A DNA stretch of 64,000 nucleotides from Actinomycetota bacterium (lineage in GTDB: Bacteria; Actinomycetota; Thermoleophilia; Solirubrobacterales; 70-9): the NCBI GenBank assembly GCA_018268575.1, contig JAFDWF010000208.1, positions 1,540 through 65,539 of the forward strand, read 5' to 3'. The notes under the pieces were generated by a model, which did not search any database, was not told the origin of the DNA, and saw only the letters and a list, made by a program, of their open reading frames with translations. Made by a program: the position numbers and the translations under genes. Below are positions 33,778-42,083 of the stretch, piece by piece (position 1 is the stretch's first letter; every line of letters starts with the position of its first letter).

Positions 33778-34544
33778 GAAGGGGCCTCAGGCGCAGCCTC
33801 CCCTTCCTCGCGATCCTGCTCGCCTTCGCCATCGCCGCCGCCACCGCGAGTGCCACCGCGATGGTCGAAACGCGGGAACTGCGGATCGAACTGAACGCCG
33901 CCTTCCAGCCCCGCGACCTGCCGGTCCACAGCTTCGCCCCGGTCCGGTTCGAGGGCTCGCTCGAGATCTCAAAGCCCGGCGGCGGAGTGCCCCCGGCGCT
34001 GCAGCAGATCGTCCTCGACTTCGACCGCGACGGCCGCCTCGACGTCTCCGGCCTGCCCACCTGCGCGCCCGAATCGATCGCCCAGGCGAGCGTCGACGAA
34101 GCGCGGGCGATCTGCAAGGGCGCGATCGTCGGCACCGGCGAGATCGAAGCCCTGGTCGCCCTCCCTTCCGGCCCGGTCCCGACCAGCTCGCCGCTCACCC
34201 TCTTCAACGGACCGCGCCTCGAAGGCAAGCCGACCGTGATCGTCCACGCCCGCACCACGGTGCCGACGCAGCAGACCTACGCCTTCACCGTGCCGATCGA
34301 AAAGCGCCGCGGCGAATTCCGCTACCGGGCGACCGTGAATATCCCGCCGCTAGCCGGCGGCCTCGGCGCGGTCACCAAGATCAGCGTCAAGGTCGGCCGC
34401 CGCTACAGCGCCGGGGGGGTGAAGCGCAGCTACGTCGCCGCCCGCTGCAGCGACCACATCCTGCGCAGCCACGGCGCCTTCAGCTTCGCGGGCGGCCTGG
34501 TGATCGAAGGCGTCGGCCTGGAAAAGTACTGCGCCCAGCGCTGA
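33759..34544 (+). CDS. Secreted four-Cys protein, paralog 4
   Basis: ATG 33759 overlaps the upstream gene by 19 nt. The signal-like N terminus is 'LPFLAILLAFAIAAATASA'. It carries the paralog-family blocks. Confidence 0.75.
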   Translation: MSHRRLRRGLRRSLPFLAILLAFAIAAATASATAMVETRELRIELNAAFQPRDLPVHSFAPVRFEGSLEISKPGGGVPPALQQIVLDFDRDGRLDVSGLPTCAPESIAQASVDEARAICKGAIVGTGEIEALVALPSGPVPTSSPLTLFNGPRLEGKPTVIVHARTTVPTQQTYAFTVPIEKRRGEFRYRATVNIPPLAGGLGAVTKISVKVGRRYSAGGVKRSYVAARCSDHILRSHGAFSFAGGLVIEGVGLEKYCAQR

Positions 34545-34596
34545 GCCCCAGGCGGCCGCGCACCGAGCGGCGCCCGCTTCCTATAATCCGCCGTTC

Positions 34597-34669
34597 GGGC
34601 CGTTAGCTCAGTTGGTAGAGCAGGAGACTCTTAATCTCAAGGTCGTAGGTTCGAGCCCTACACGGCCCA
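34597..34669 (+). tRNA. tRNA-Lys (anticodon CTT)
   Basis: I folded a 73-nt cloverleaf by hand: acceptor GGGCCGT/ACGGCCC, D arm GCTC-AGTTGGTA-GAGC, anticodon loop CTCTTAA, and T arm GTAGG-TTCGAGC-CCTAC. No CCA is encoded. Confidence 0.9.
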
Positions 34670-34683
34670 CTCGCTCCGGTCGG

Positions 34684-35100
34684 TCAGTCCTCGATCTGGA
34701 TCGGATCGGCTCCCGTGAGATCTTCCTCTTGGCTGACGATGTCCCAGGCCATCGCCGCCGCCTCCTTGAACGTCACTCTGCCGGCGACCACCCTGCGATG
34801 CCCGATGGTGTGTCCGTGGTACCCGTGAATCGGATCGAAGTCCCGAGCCCAGTACTCGCGACCGTCCAAGACCAGGTAGTAGGCATATTCGAGGCGATGG
34901 ACATGGCTGCCCCGGATTTCGACCACCCCGCTGACCTGAAGGTTTGCGCGCTCGGTCATATTGAGCGTCAGGAGTATCCGGCCTCGTTTCTCTCCCGATC
35001 CCGCCTCGATGGAATAGACGGGGTGCTCGTTGTGATGCAGGGAGAGTTCCTTGCACTCGCGCCTTCGCTCCTCCATGTACTCGCCGATCGAGGCCGCCAT
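34684..35100 (-). CDS. Hypothetical protein, possibly DUF6516/TumE-like toxin
   Basis: 138 aa in a lower-GC islet. 'RLEYAYYLVLDGREYWARDFDPIHGYHGH' resembles the Y-x-Y-H...R-x-D-N-x-P-H-H core of DUF6516. This is a memory-based and tentative match. Confidence 0.45.
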   Translation of the reverse strand: MAASIGEYMEERRRECKELSLHHNEHPVYSIEAGSGEKRGRILLTLNMTERANLQVSGVVEIRGSHVHRLEYAYYLVLDGREYWARDFDPIHGYHGHTIGHRRVVAGRVTFKEAAAMAWDIVSQEEDLTGADPIQIED

Positions 35101-35159
35101 CGGATCGAAGCGTACCCATAGGCAACCGGTGCCTGGCCCGAGTTGTCACGCCCGGCGCG

Positions 35160-35447
35160 CTAGTGAAGCGCGAGCGCCCGGTCCACGCCATCCACGAACG
35201 CCGAGGGGGCGGGGCCATTACCCTGCATGCGCTCGACATCGAGGAAAAGGCTGGCCCACAGGTGCCGGGCGAAGCCGGGTATGGCGGCTACTGTCGGATC
35301 ATCACACCGATGGGCAAGCATGAACTGCTCTGAAGACAGGCCGTAGCGCTCCTCGAGTTTCCCGAGAGCGCGGGAGAGCGAATCGATGTCGTAGTAGTTC
35401 ATGTAGCTGCCCTTCATCATCGGCCAAGCTCGGGGGTCCTTGAGCAA
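35160..35447 (-). CDS. Hypothetical small protein, antitoxin-like
   Basis: At most 95 aa; internal ATGs are possible starts. 'LGKLEERYGLSSEQFMLAH' resembles the E-x-(K/R)-Y-G-M-S-S-E-E-F helix seen in many small antitoxin-like proteins. It lies upstream of, and on the same strand as, 34684..35100. Confidence 0.4.
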   Translation of the reverse strand: MLKDPRAWPMMKGSYMNYYDIDSLSRALGKLEERYGLSSEQFMLAHRCDDPTVAAIPGFARHLWASLFLDVERMQGNGPAPSAFVDGVDRALALH

Positions 35448-35665
35448 AGATTCCCACGAACTTCGGCGGAAGGCCAGTTTATTCCTCCGCGATTACCCGC
35501 TTTTGCGAATCGATGGTTTCTCCCGCCGTTCTCGCTCGATGTCCTGGTCGGCAGTTACGAGCGTACGAACATGGATGCCGTAACTAGGCGATCCGTGGCC
35601 ACCCAACATCTGTTTAGTTTCCTACTAAGAAGTAGGTAGACGTTCTAAAAGTGAGCGAGACGTAA

Positions 35666-35932
35666 ATGGAAGAGGGAGCCCGGGAGATGCGGCTCGTCTC
35701 CCATCCACGCGACGAGCCACCGTCCGTCGATGGTCGCGGCGAGTCGGGCCTGACCGCCGCCGACCTCGACGCCGCAGCCGAGCTGGCCGAGTTCCACCGC
35801 CTGCTCGCCGCCGAGCTGGCGCCGCGATCGCAGCTGCGCGGCCTGGTCCTGCGCTGCGCCGGCCACTGGTCCCGCCTCGGTGCGATCCCGCGCAACGGCC
35901 TGGCCGAGGTCGAACGCCGCGACGCCGAGTAG
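35666..35932 (+). CDS. Hypothetical protein (weak call)
   Basis: 88-aa ORF with very high GC3 in this frame. I recognise no family. It could be a gene remnant. Confidence 0.3.
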   Translation: MEEGAREMRLVSHPRDEPPSVDGRGESGLTAADLDAAAELAEFHRLLAAELAPRSQLRGLVLRCAGHWSRLGAIPRNGLAEVERRDAE

Positions 35933-36012
35933 CCGTTCGCGCGGGCGCCCGAACTCGACCGGCGCGCCGCCTTGACCTCCAGCCGCCGCGGGGCGGCGCC
36001 GCTTGGTACCTC

Positions 36013-36819
36013 TTATCCGCCGAGCGTGGTGCCGCCGAGGCCCTGCAGCGGGTGTTCCAGCGATTCCTTGCCGGCCGAGCTTGACTTGCTCTTCGCCGCT
36101 TTTTCGGCCTGCAGCTGTTTGCCGAATTCTTTGGCGTTTTTTTCGACTTCTTCGTATTTGTTTTCGAAGGATTCGCGTTCGAACTTCGTGTTCGCGAATT
36201 TGGCCGCTTCTTCCTTGGCCTTTTCGGCGGCCTTGTAGTTCTGGGCGAAGAGCGTGTAGAAGGCGAGCGTGCTCCAGCTGTTGAGGCTCGGGCGCGCTTT
36301 GGCGACGATTTCCTGCGCTTCGACCCCGGCCTTCACGTTTTCCAGGGCTTCCCCGCCGCTGGTCGAGAGTTCGGCCAGCTGGAACAGCGCCGGAGCGACC
36401 TGGATCGCCAGGCCGGCCGCCGGTTCGTTTGCCGCCTTCACGTATTCGGACCAGTCTTCGCTCGCCTGCGCCAGCTGCTGCTTGACTTCTTCGACCCCGC
36501 TCTGGCCGCTGACCCCGTTGGTGATCATCGTGTTGGCGACGTTGATCCGGGTGCGCGTCAGGCTCGCCAGCAGGTCTTCGTCGCCAGGCGATTTGGCCAG
36601 CTTCGCTTCGATGTTTTCAGCCTGCTTTTCGAAGCTCGAGGTAGCGCTTTCCCCGCTCGAGGCGGAGCCGAAGATCGAGTTGATGTTGATCGCGCCGGTG
36701 ACCAGGAAGAGGCTGGCCGCCATCAGGAAGGCCAGGATCGCGTAGACGACTTTGACCACGTGCCGCCTGCGGCCGCGGATGTCGAAGACCATCCTGTGCT
36801 CTTTGCTCCCCTGCGCCAT
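36013..36819 (-). CDS. Hypothetical membrane-anchored Ala/Glu/Lys-rich protein
   Basis: 268 aa. It has a single N-terminal TM segment ('VVKVVYAILAFLMAASLFLV') followed by a helical charged region. It lies 9 nt downstream of tatC on the same strand. Confidence 0.6.
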   Translation of the reverse strand: MAQGSKEHRMVFDIRGRRRHVVKVVYAILAFLMAASLFLVTGAININSIFGSASSGESATSSFEKQAENIEAKLAKSPGDEDLLASLTRTRINVANTMITNGVSGQSGVEEVKQQLAQASEDWSEYVKAANEPAAGLAIQVAPALFQLAELSTSGGEALENVKAGVEAQEIVAKARPSLNSWSTLAFYTLFAQNYKAAEKAKEEAAKFANTKFERESFENKYEEVEKNAKEFGKQLQAEKAAKSKSSSAGKESLEHPLQGLGGTTLGG

Positions 36820-36828
36820 CGCCCCTTC

Positions 36829-37599
36829 TCACTCCTGCGTGGAGGGCTCGGCCGCGCCTGCCCCTTCGCTCGGTCGGCCGAACCACCGAGCAAGCAAGAT
36901 ACTCAACTCGAACAGGACGAGCAGCGGAACCATCTCCAGCAGCATCGAGATCGGGTCGACACCGGGCAGCGCCGCGGCGATGATCGCGATGACCAGGTAG
37001 GCGTAGCGGCGGTTCTGGCTGAACCACTGGACCGGCACGATCCCCAGGCGGGTGACCGCCAGGATCGCCATCGGCAGCTGGAAGACGAGGCCGCAGGCGA
37101 GCATCGTCATCGAGAAGAACGAGTAGTAGTCCCCCGCCCTGACCTGGACGTTGAACTGTTCGTCGTTGAAGTTGAGCAGGAAGTGCAGGGCGGCGGGCAT
37201 CACCGCGAAGTAGCCGAAGGCGATCCCGGCGATGAAGAGGATCGGGAAGAGCAGCAGGATCGGCAGCACCACCCGCTTCTCCGCCGGGCTGAAGGCGGGC
37301 AGGATGTAGGCGTAGAGCTCCCAGAGGACGAACGGCGCCGAGAGGATCGCCGCGCCGTAGGCGCTCACCGTCAGCGTCGTCGTGAACGGCTCGGTGACCG
37401 AGAAGGTGGTCAGTTTCTTGTGGCCTTCGGGCAGCGGGTGCTGGGCGATTTCCAGCAGCAGGTGGTTCTGCCAGAAGCAGAGCGCCAGGGCGACGGCGAA
37501 GACGACGAGGCAGACGACGAGCCGGTGGCGGAGCTCGTCGAGGTGCTCGACCAGGCTGAGGCGATCCTCGTGGGAGACCGCTCGGACGCGACGCGGCAT
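36829..37599 (-). CDS. tatC: Twin-arginine translocase subunit TatC
   Basis: 256 aa with 'SLVEHLDELRHRL' and six TM segments ('FVLWELYAYILPAF', 'GLVFQLPMAILAVTRLGIV'). Confidence 0.9.
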   Translation of the reverse strand: MPRRVRAVSHEDRLSLVEHLDELRHRLVVCLVVFAVALALCFWQNHLLLEIAQHPLPEGHKKLTTFSVTEPFTTTLTVSAYGAAILSAPFVLWELYAYILPAFSPAEKRVVLPILLLFPILFIAGIAFGYFAVMPAALHFLLNFNDEQFNVQVRAGDYYSFFSMTMLACGLVFQLPMAILAVTRLGIVPVQWFSQNRRYAYLVIAIIAAALPGVDPISMLLEMVPLLVLFELSILLARWFGRPSEGAGAAEPSTQE

Positions 37600-37612
37600 C
37601 CCTCAGGGCTCC

Positions 37613-37894
37613 TCAGGCGTTTTTGTCGTTGACGACCTCGGCCTCGTCCGCCTCGACCTGGGGGGTCGTCGACGGCGCGACCGGCGTGGTGGTGGCCTTC
37701 GAAGCAGCGATCGTCTTCACGTCGGGATCCTCCACGACGTCATCGTCCTCCTTCTCTCCGGTGACCGAGTCTTTGAACTCGCGGATGCCTTTGCCGAGGC
37801 TGTTGCCGAGCTCCGGCAGCCGTTTGGGACCGAAGACGATGAGGGCGATGATGAGGACGATGATGATCTCGAGGGGGCCGATATTGCCAAGCAT
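37613..37894 (-). CDS. tatA: Twin-arginine translocase subunit TatA/E
   Basis: Trimmed to ATG 37894. 'MLGNIGPLEIIIVLIIALIVFGPKRLPELGNSLGKGIREFK' is the canonical TatA N terminus. Confidence 0.9.
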   Translation of the reverse strand: MLGNIGPLEIIIVLIIALIVFGPKRLPELGNSLGKGIREFKDSVTGEKEDDDVVEDPDVKTIAASKATTTPVAPSTTPQVEADEAEVVNDKNA

Positions 37895-37938
37895 CAGCCA
37901 ATGGTAACGAGAGTTGCCTGAATCTGGATCAGATTGGA

Positions 37939-38904
37939 TCAGCTGTAGCGCTGAACCACTCCGTCCGCCACCAATTCGAGCAGGCGGCGGCGTTCGGGGT
38001 CGAAGCCGGCGTGGGCCAGCCGGCGCTTCCCGTCGGCGACCAAATCGAGCGCCCGCGCCCTCACCGTCGCCAGCGCGCCGGTCACCGCGATCCGCTCGCA
38101 GACCTCCTCGGCGCCCGCCGGATCGAGCCCCGGCAGGTCGATCTCGCGCAGCCCCGGGTCGCGCTCGGCGGCGGCGATCAGCGGCAGGGTGACGGTGCCG
38201 TCGAGCAGGTCGGTGCCGCGCGCCTTGCCGGTCCGCTCGGGCGGGCCGGTCACGTCGAGGACGTCGTCGAGGAGCTGGAAGGCAAGCCCGACCTGGGCGC
38301 CGAAGCGGCGCAGCTCGGCGTCGTCGCGGCCGAGCGAGACGGCGCACTCGAAGAGCGCCGCGGTCTTCAGCCGGCAGCGGTGCAGGTAGCGCTCCTCGCC
38401 GATCGTCAGGTCGAAGGCGTCCTGGCGCTGGGCCAGCTCCCCCCGAGCCAGGGAGACGGCCGCGTCGGCGAGCAGCAGGACGGCGCGCTCGTCGCCCGCC
38501 TCGCTGAGCAGGGCGAAGGCGCGCGAGAGCAAGAGGTCGCCGGTCGCCAGCGCCCGCGCCCGGCCCGAGCTCGCCGCCACGGTCGGCAGCCCGCGGCGCA
38601 GCGGCGCCTCGTCGAGCACGTCGTCGTGGACCAGGGTCGCCATGTGGACGAGCTCGATCGCGCTTGCCGCCCGCACCGCCTCCGGCCCGCCGTCCTCGCC
38701 CGCGCAGAGCAGCACCAACATCGGCCGCAGCCGCTTGCCGCCCGCCGCCAGGGTCGCGCCCGCGTCCTCGCCGAGCGGCTCCCCCCACCCCGCGATCGAG
38801 GCGCGCAGCGTGTCCTCGACCTCGCCGAGGCGCACCGGCAGCCAACGCTGGGAGGCGTCGAGGACCGCCGTCACCGGCGGCGGCACGGCCGACCCGGGGG
38901 CCAT
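37939..38904 (-). CDS. Polyprenyl diphosphate synthase (trans-IPPS, menaquinone side chain)
   Basis: 321 aa with both Asp-rich motifs: 'LVHDDVLDE' and 'FQLLDDVLDV'. Confidence 0.9.
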   Translation of the reverse strand: MAPGSAVPPPVTAVLDASQRWLPVRLGEVEDTLRASIAGWGEPLGEDAGATLAAGGKRLRPMLVLLCAGEDGGPEAVRAASAIELVHMATLVHDDVLDEAPLRRGLPTVAASSGRARALATGDLLLSRAFALLSEAGDERAVLLLADAAVSLARGELAQRQDAFDLTIGEERYLHRCRLKTAALFECAVSLGRDDAELRRFGAQVGLAFQLLDDVLDVTGPPERTGKARGTDLLDGTVTLPLIAAAERDPGLREIDLPGLDPAGAEEVCERIAVTGALATVRARALDLVADGKRRLAHAGFDPERRRLLELVADGVVQRYS

Positions 38905-39629
38905 CAGGACTTGGCGCCGCTGTGGATCGCGATGATCCCGCCCGCCAGTACCGTGTAGCGGATCGCGGCGAAGCCGGCGCGGTCCATCTGCTCGGCTAGC
39001 CGGTGCGGCGTGGGGAAGCTGCGCACCGATTCGGGCAGGTAGCTGTAGGCCTCGGGCTCATCGGAGAGGGCGCCTAGCAACGGCACGATGCGGTCGAACC
39101 AGAGCGAGAAGAAGGAGGAGAGCGGCGGCCGGGTCGGCTGCGTGATCTCGAGGATCACCAGGCGCCCGCCCGGCTTCAGCACCCGCCCCATCTCGCGCAG
39201 GCCGCGGTCGAGGTCGGCGAGGTTGCGGACGCCGAAGCCGACCGTCACCGCGTCGAAGCGCTCGCCGTCGTAGGGCAGCTCGAGCGCATCGGCCCACTCG
39301 AAGCGCACCCCCTCGACCCCGCGCGTCGCCGCCTTCTCGCGAGCGAGGTCGAGCATCGGCTCGGAGAAGTCGCAGCCGACCACGCGGCCGCCGGGCGCGA
39401 CCCGCCCGGCCAGCTCGAGGGCGAGGTCGCCGGTGCCGCAGCAGACGTCGAGGGCCGACTCGCCCGGCCCCAGCGCCGCCCGCGCGGCGGCCCGCTCGCG
39501 CCAGCGGTGGTGAAGGCCCGCGGTCATCACCTCGTTCAGCCAGTCGTAGTGGCCGGCGACGCGGTCGAACATCCGGTTGACCTGCCCGGCGAAGTCGGGC
39601 GAGGAGCGGTTGTCGTTGATCGTGTCCAT
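38904..39629 (-). CDS. ubiE: Demethylmenaquinone/ubiquinone methyltransferase (UbiE/MenG)
   Basis: 241 aa with 'VNRMFDRVAGHYDWLNEVMTAGLHHRWR' and the SAM motif 'LDVCCGTGDLA'. Confidence 0.9.
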   Translation of the reverse strand: MDTINDNRSSPDFAGQVNRMFDRVAGHYDWLNEVMTAGLHHRWRERAAARAALGPGESALDVCCGTGDLALELAGRVAPGGRVVGCDFSEPMLDLAREKAATRGVEGVRFEWADALELPYDGERFDAVTVGFGVRNLADLDRGLREMGRVLKPGGRLVILEITQPTRPPLSSFFSLWFDRIVPLLGALSDEPEAYSYLPESVRSFPTPHRLAEQMDRAGFAAIRYTVLAGGIIAIHSGAKS

Positions 39630-39635
39630 CTCGCT

Positions 39636-39660
39636 GGGGAAGACGTTACCCGTCCTCCCC
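39636..39660 (-). terminator. Hairpin (10-bp stem with one G-U, 5-nt loop) between qcrC stop and ubiE start
   Basis: The minus-strand RNA ggggaggacg-ggtaa-cgtcttcccc lies 29 nt after the qcrC stop. There is no U-tract, so it may be a terminator, an attenuator or a processing site. Confidence 0.3.
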
Positions 39661-39688
39661 GTCCCGACCTACGTCGCCGCGGCGCGGG

Positions 39689-40390
39689 TCAGTTCAGAGA
39701 AGAGAGGAAATCGGCTATCTCGTTCAGCTTCTTCTGCGGCAGTTCGCGGAACGAGGGCATGATGCTGGGCCCGATTTCGATCGAGCGGATGATCGCCGCG
39801 CGCGGGATGCGGGCGCCGATGTGGGTCAGTTCGGGGCCCGGGCCGTTGTTGCCGTTCTCGCCCAGTTTGTGGCAGGCGAGGCAGCCCGAGGATGCGATCA
39901 CCTCGGCCCCGGGCTTGTATTCGGGCGCCACCTTCATGTCGACCTCGGTCGGCGAGCCCGAGGTGGCGCCGGCGTAGGTCAGGTAGCCCATCGCGAGGAT
40001 CGTCAGGATCCCGGCGGTGGTCGCCAGCGGGCGGCGCTCCGGGCGGCGCTCCGGGCCGCGGTCGTAGAACGGCAACAGCAGCAGCAGGACCATGCAGACG
40101 GTCGGGATCCCGATCGTCGCCACCGGCACCAGCTCCGGCGGTTTGATCACGCGCAGGACCTCGAAGAGGAAGAAGAAGTACCACTCGGGACGTGGCACGT
40201 AGGTGGTCGTCGTCGGGTCGGCCTTCGGGCCCTGCTCGGCGCCGAGGATCAGCGACATCGCGATGATCACGCCGACCACGATCAGCGCCATCGTCGAGTC
40301 TTTGAGCACGGCGTAGGGGAAGAAGGGCTTGCCCTTCTTCTTCAGGACCTCGTATTCCTCCAGGTATGCCTGCTTGTCGGCGGGCTTCAT
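39689..40390 (-). CDS. qcrC: Menaquinol-cytochrome c reductase cytochrome b/c subunit (subunit IV fused to c-type cytochrome)
   Basis: 233 aa. It has three TM segments with 'PEWYFFFLFEVLR' and a C-terminal heme-c site 'CLACH'. This is the Bacillus-type QcrC architecture. Confidence 0.85.
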   Translation of the reverse strand: MKPADKQAYLEEYEVLKKKGKPFFPYAVLKDSTMALIVVGVIIAMSLILGAEQGPKADPTTTTYVPRPEWYFFFLFEVLRVIKPPELVPVATIGIPTVCMVLLLLLPFYDRGPERRPERRPLATTAGILTILAMGYLTYAGATSGSPTEVDMKVAPEYKPGAEVIASSGCLACHKLGENGNNGPGPELTHIGARIPRAAIIRSIEIGPSIMPSFRELPQKKLNEIADFLSSLN

Positions 40391-41349
40391 CAGGCAGGCC
40401 CCATCCCGTCGTTGTCGGTGGTCTCGAGTTGCACGCCGGCGATCGTCCCGGCGCCGCCGGGCCGGTACCCGTTGCCGGAGGAGACGCCGGCGTCGAGGTT
40501 CGCGGTCGGCTCGGCGACCCGAGGTTTGTCGACCTTGGTCCAGGGCGGCGCGGTCGTGCCGAGCTTCACGACCAGGTACAGGTGGGCGCCGATCAGCGCG
40601 ATCAGCGCGCCTGGCACCAGCAGCATGTGGATCGCGTAGAAGCGCGACAGCGTCGTCGCCCCGAGCTCCGGCCCGGCGCGCAGGAAGTCGCTCAGGTACG
40701 GGCCGACGATCGGGCCGGTGCCGTTGATGTTGATGCCGACGATCGAGGCCCAGTAGGAGCGCTGGTCGAACGGCAGCAGGTAGCCGGTGAAGGCCATCGT
40801 CATCGTCAGGATCAGGATCACGACGCCGATCACCCAGTTGAGCTCACGCGGGTACTTGTAGGCGCCGAAGAAGAAGGTCCGACCCATGTGGAGGAAGACC
40901 AGGATCACCATCACGCTGGCGCCCCACTTGTGCATCCCGTGCACCAGCTGGCCGAGGAAGACGTCGTTGTTGATGTGGGCGATCGAGGTGTAGGCCTGGG
41001 TGGTCGAGGGCGTGTAGAACATCGCCAGGAACACCCCGGTGACCGCCTGCACGATGAAGGCGAAGAGCGCCGCCGAGCCGAGCGTGTAAAACCAGTTGGT
41101 CCCTTTCGGCACCTTGCGGTAGAGCATCCCGGTGAGGAAGCCGCTCGCCGCCAGCCGCTGGTCGACCCAGGCGAGCCCCTCGGTCGGCGCTTCCAGCGCC
41201 TGCTGGCCGAGCCGCTCGTGGTCGGTCGGCCGCCGCGGCGGGTCCGTCTTCAGGTCCTGCGGCGCAGGCTGGTTGGGCACGCCGGCTTCGCCGGGCTTCG
41301 GCGTCTTGCGCAACGGCGCGGGAACTAGTAAGTCGGAGAACTTGGGCAT
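40390..41349 (-). CDS. qcrB: Cytochrome b (b6-type) subunit of menaquinol-cytochrome c reductase
   Basis: 319 aa with 'VHGMHKWGASVMVILVFLHMGRTFFFGAYK' and 'FYAIHMLLVPGALIALIGAHL' (heme-ligand His pairs). Confidence 0.9.
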   Translation of the reverse strand: MPKFSDLLVPAPLRKTPKPGEAGVPNQPAPQDLKTDPPRRPTDHERLGQQALEAPTEGLAWVDQRLAASGFLTGMLYRKVPKGTNWFYTLGSAALFAFIVQAVTGVFLAMFYTPSTTQAYTSIAHINNDVFLGQLVHGMHKWGASVMVILVFLHMGRTFFFGAYKYPRELNWVIGVVILILTMTMAFTGYLLPFDQRSYWASIVGININGTGPIVGPYLSDFLRAGPELGATTLSRFYAIHMLLVPGALIALIGAHLYLVVKLGTTAPPWTKVDKPRVAEPTANLDAGVSSGNGYRPGGAGTIAGVQLETTDNDGMGPA

Positions 41350-41354
41350 CTAGA

Positions 41355-42032
41355 TCAAGGTGGCGGGAAGGTCGAAGGCCGCGGCGGGTAGAGGTATTCC
41401 CAGATCCCGCCGGTGAACTCTCCGGGGTCGCGGGCGCGGACGGGCTTCAGCTGCGAGGTGACGCTGTAGCGCGGCCCGACCTGGACCTGGCCCTTTTCCA
41501 CGCGGGTCTGGAAGCGGTCGAGTGGGCGCACCGGGGGGCCGCCGATCCGCTTGCCCTGGAAGTCGTAGACACCGCCGTGGCACGGGCAGATGAAGTTGCC
41601 CGCCGCCTCGACGAAGCGAACCGGGCAGCCGAGGTGCGCGCAGCGGTTGGAGACGGCGACGTAGAGACCCGGTTCTTCGCCCAGTTCCTTCGAGCTTTTG
41701 CGCACGTAGGCGAGCGTCTTGCCGGCGTCGCCGATCCCGGGCACTTCGGTGAAGGTGACCTGGCGGTAGGTGTCTTCGACGAAGTTCGAGGTCGGGCCGA
41801 TGTCCTCCCAGCGCTCCTTGCCGCGGTGGAAGATCGGCGCCACGGCGAAGCCGACCGCGGGCAGCACGATCGCCAGTCCCGCCAGGCCGCCGATACCCTG
41901 CGCCGCGATCGTGAAGACCTTGCGGCGGGTCATCGACTCACCCTCGAAGTAGCCGGGGGGAGGCGGTTCGTTCCGCACCTGCTCTGGTGCCCGATAGGGC
42001 ACGTTGGTGATGTTGTCCGCGTCGTCTGCCAC
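41355..42032 (-). CDS. qcrA: Rieske 2Fe-2S subunit of menaquinol-cytochrome c reductase
   Basis: 225 aa with the Rieske boxes 'CAHLGCPV' and 'CPCHGGVY'. Confidence 0.9.
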   Translation of the reverse strand: MADDADNITNVPYRAPEQVRNEPPPPGYFEGESMTRRKVFTIAAQGIGGLAGLAIVLPAVGFAVAPIFHRGKERWEDIGPTSNFVEDTYRQVTFTEVPGIGDAGKTLAYVRKSSKELGEEPGLYVAVSNRCAHLGCPVRFVEAAGNFICPCHGGVYDFQGKRIGGPPVRPLDRFQTRVEKGQVQVGPRYSVTSQLKPVRARDPGEFTGGIWEYLYPPRPSTFPPP

Positions 42033-42083
42033 GTTCGGTCGCTGCTCGGCCGCGCAGTCTATTCAAAAGGGAGACTGTCGAGG

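Noticed and set aside
34612-35121. 169-aa plus-strand ORF starting inside the tRNA-Lys gene.
   Set aside because: It begins within the tRNA and runs antisense to the better-supported 34684-35100 ORF. It has no motifs.
34597-36012. Calling the tRNA-adjacent islet a mobile element or genomic island.
   Set aside because: No integrase or recombinase gene is present, and I could not find a direct repeat of the tRNA 3' end by eye. I report it only as a compositional islet with a TA-like pair, not as a mobile_element feature.
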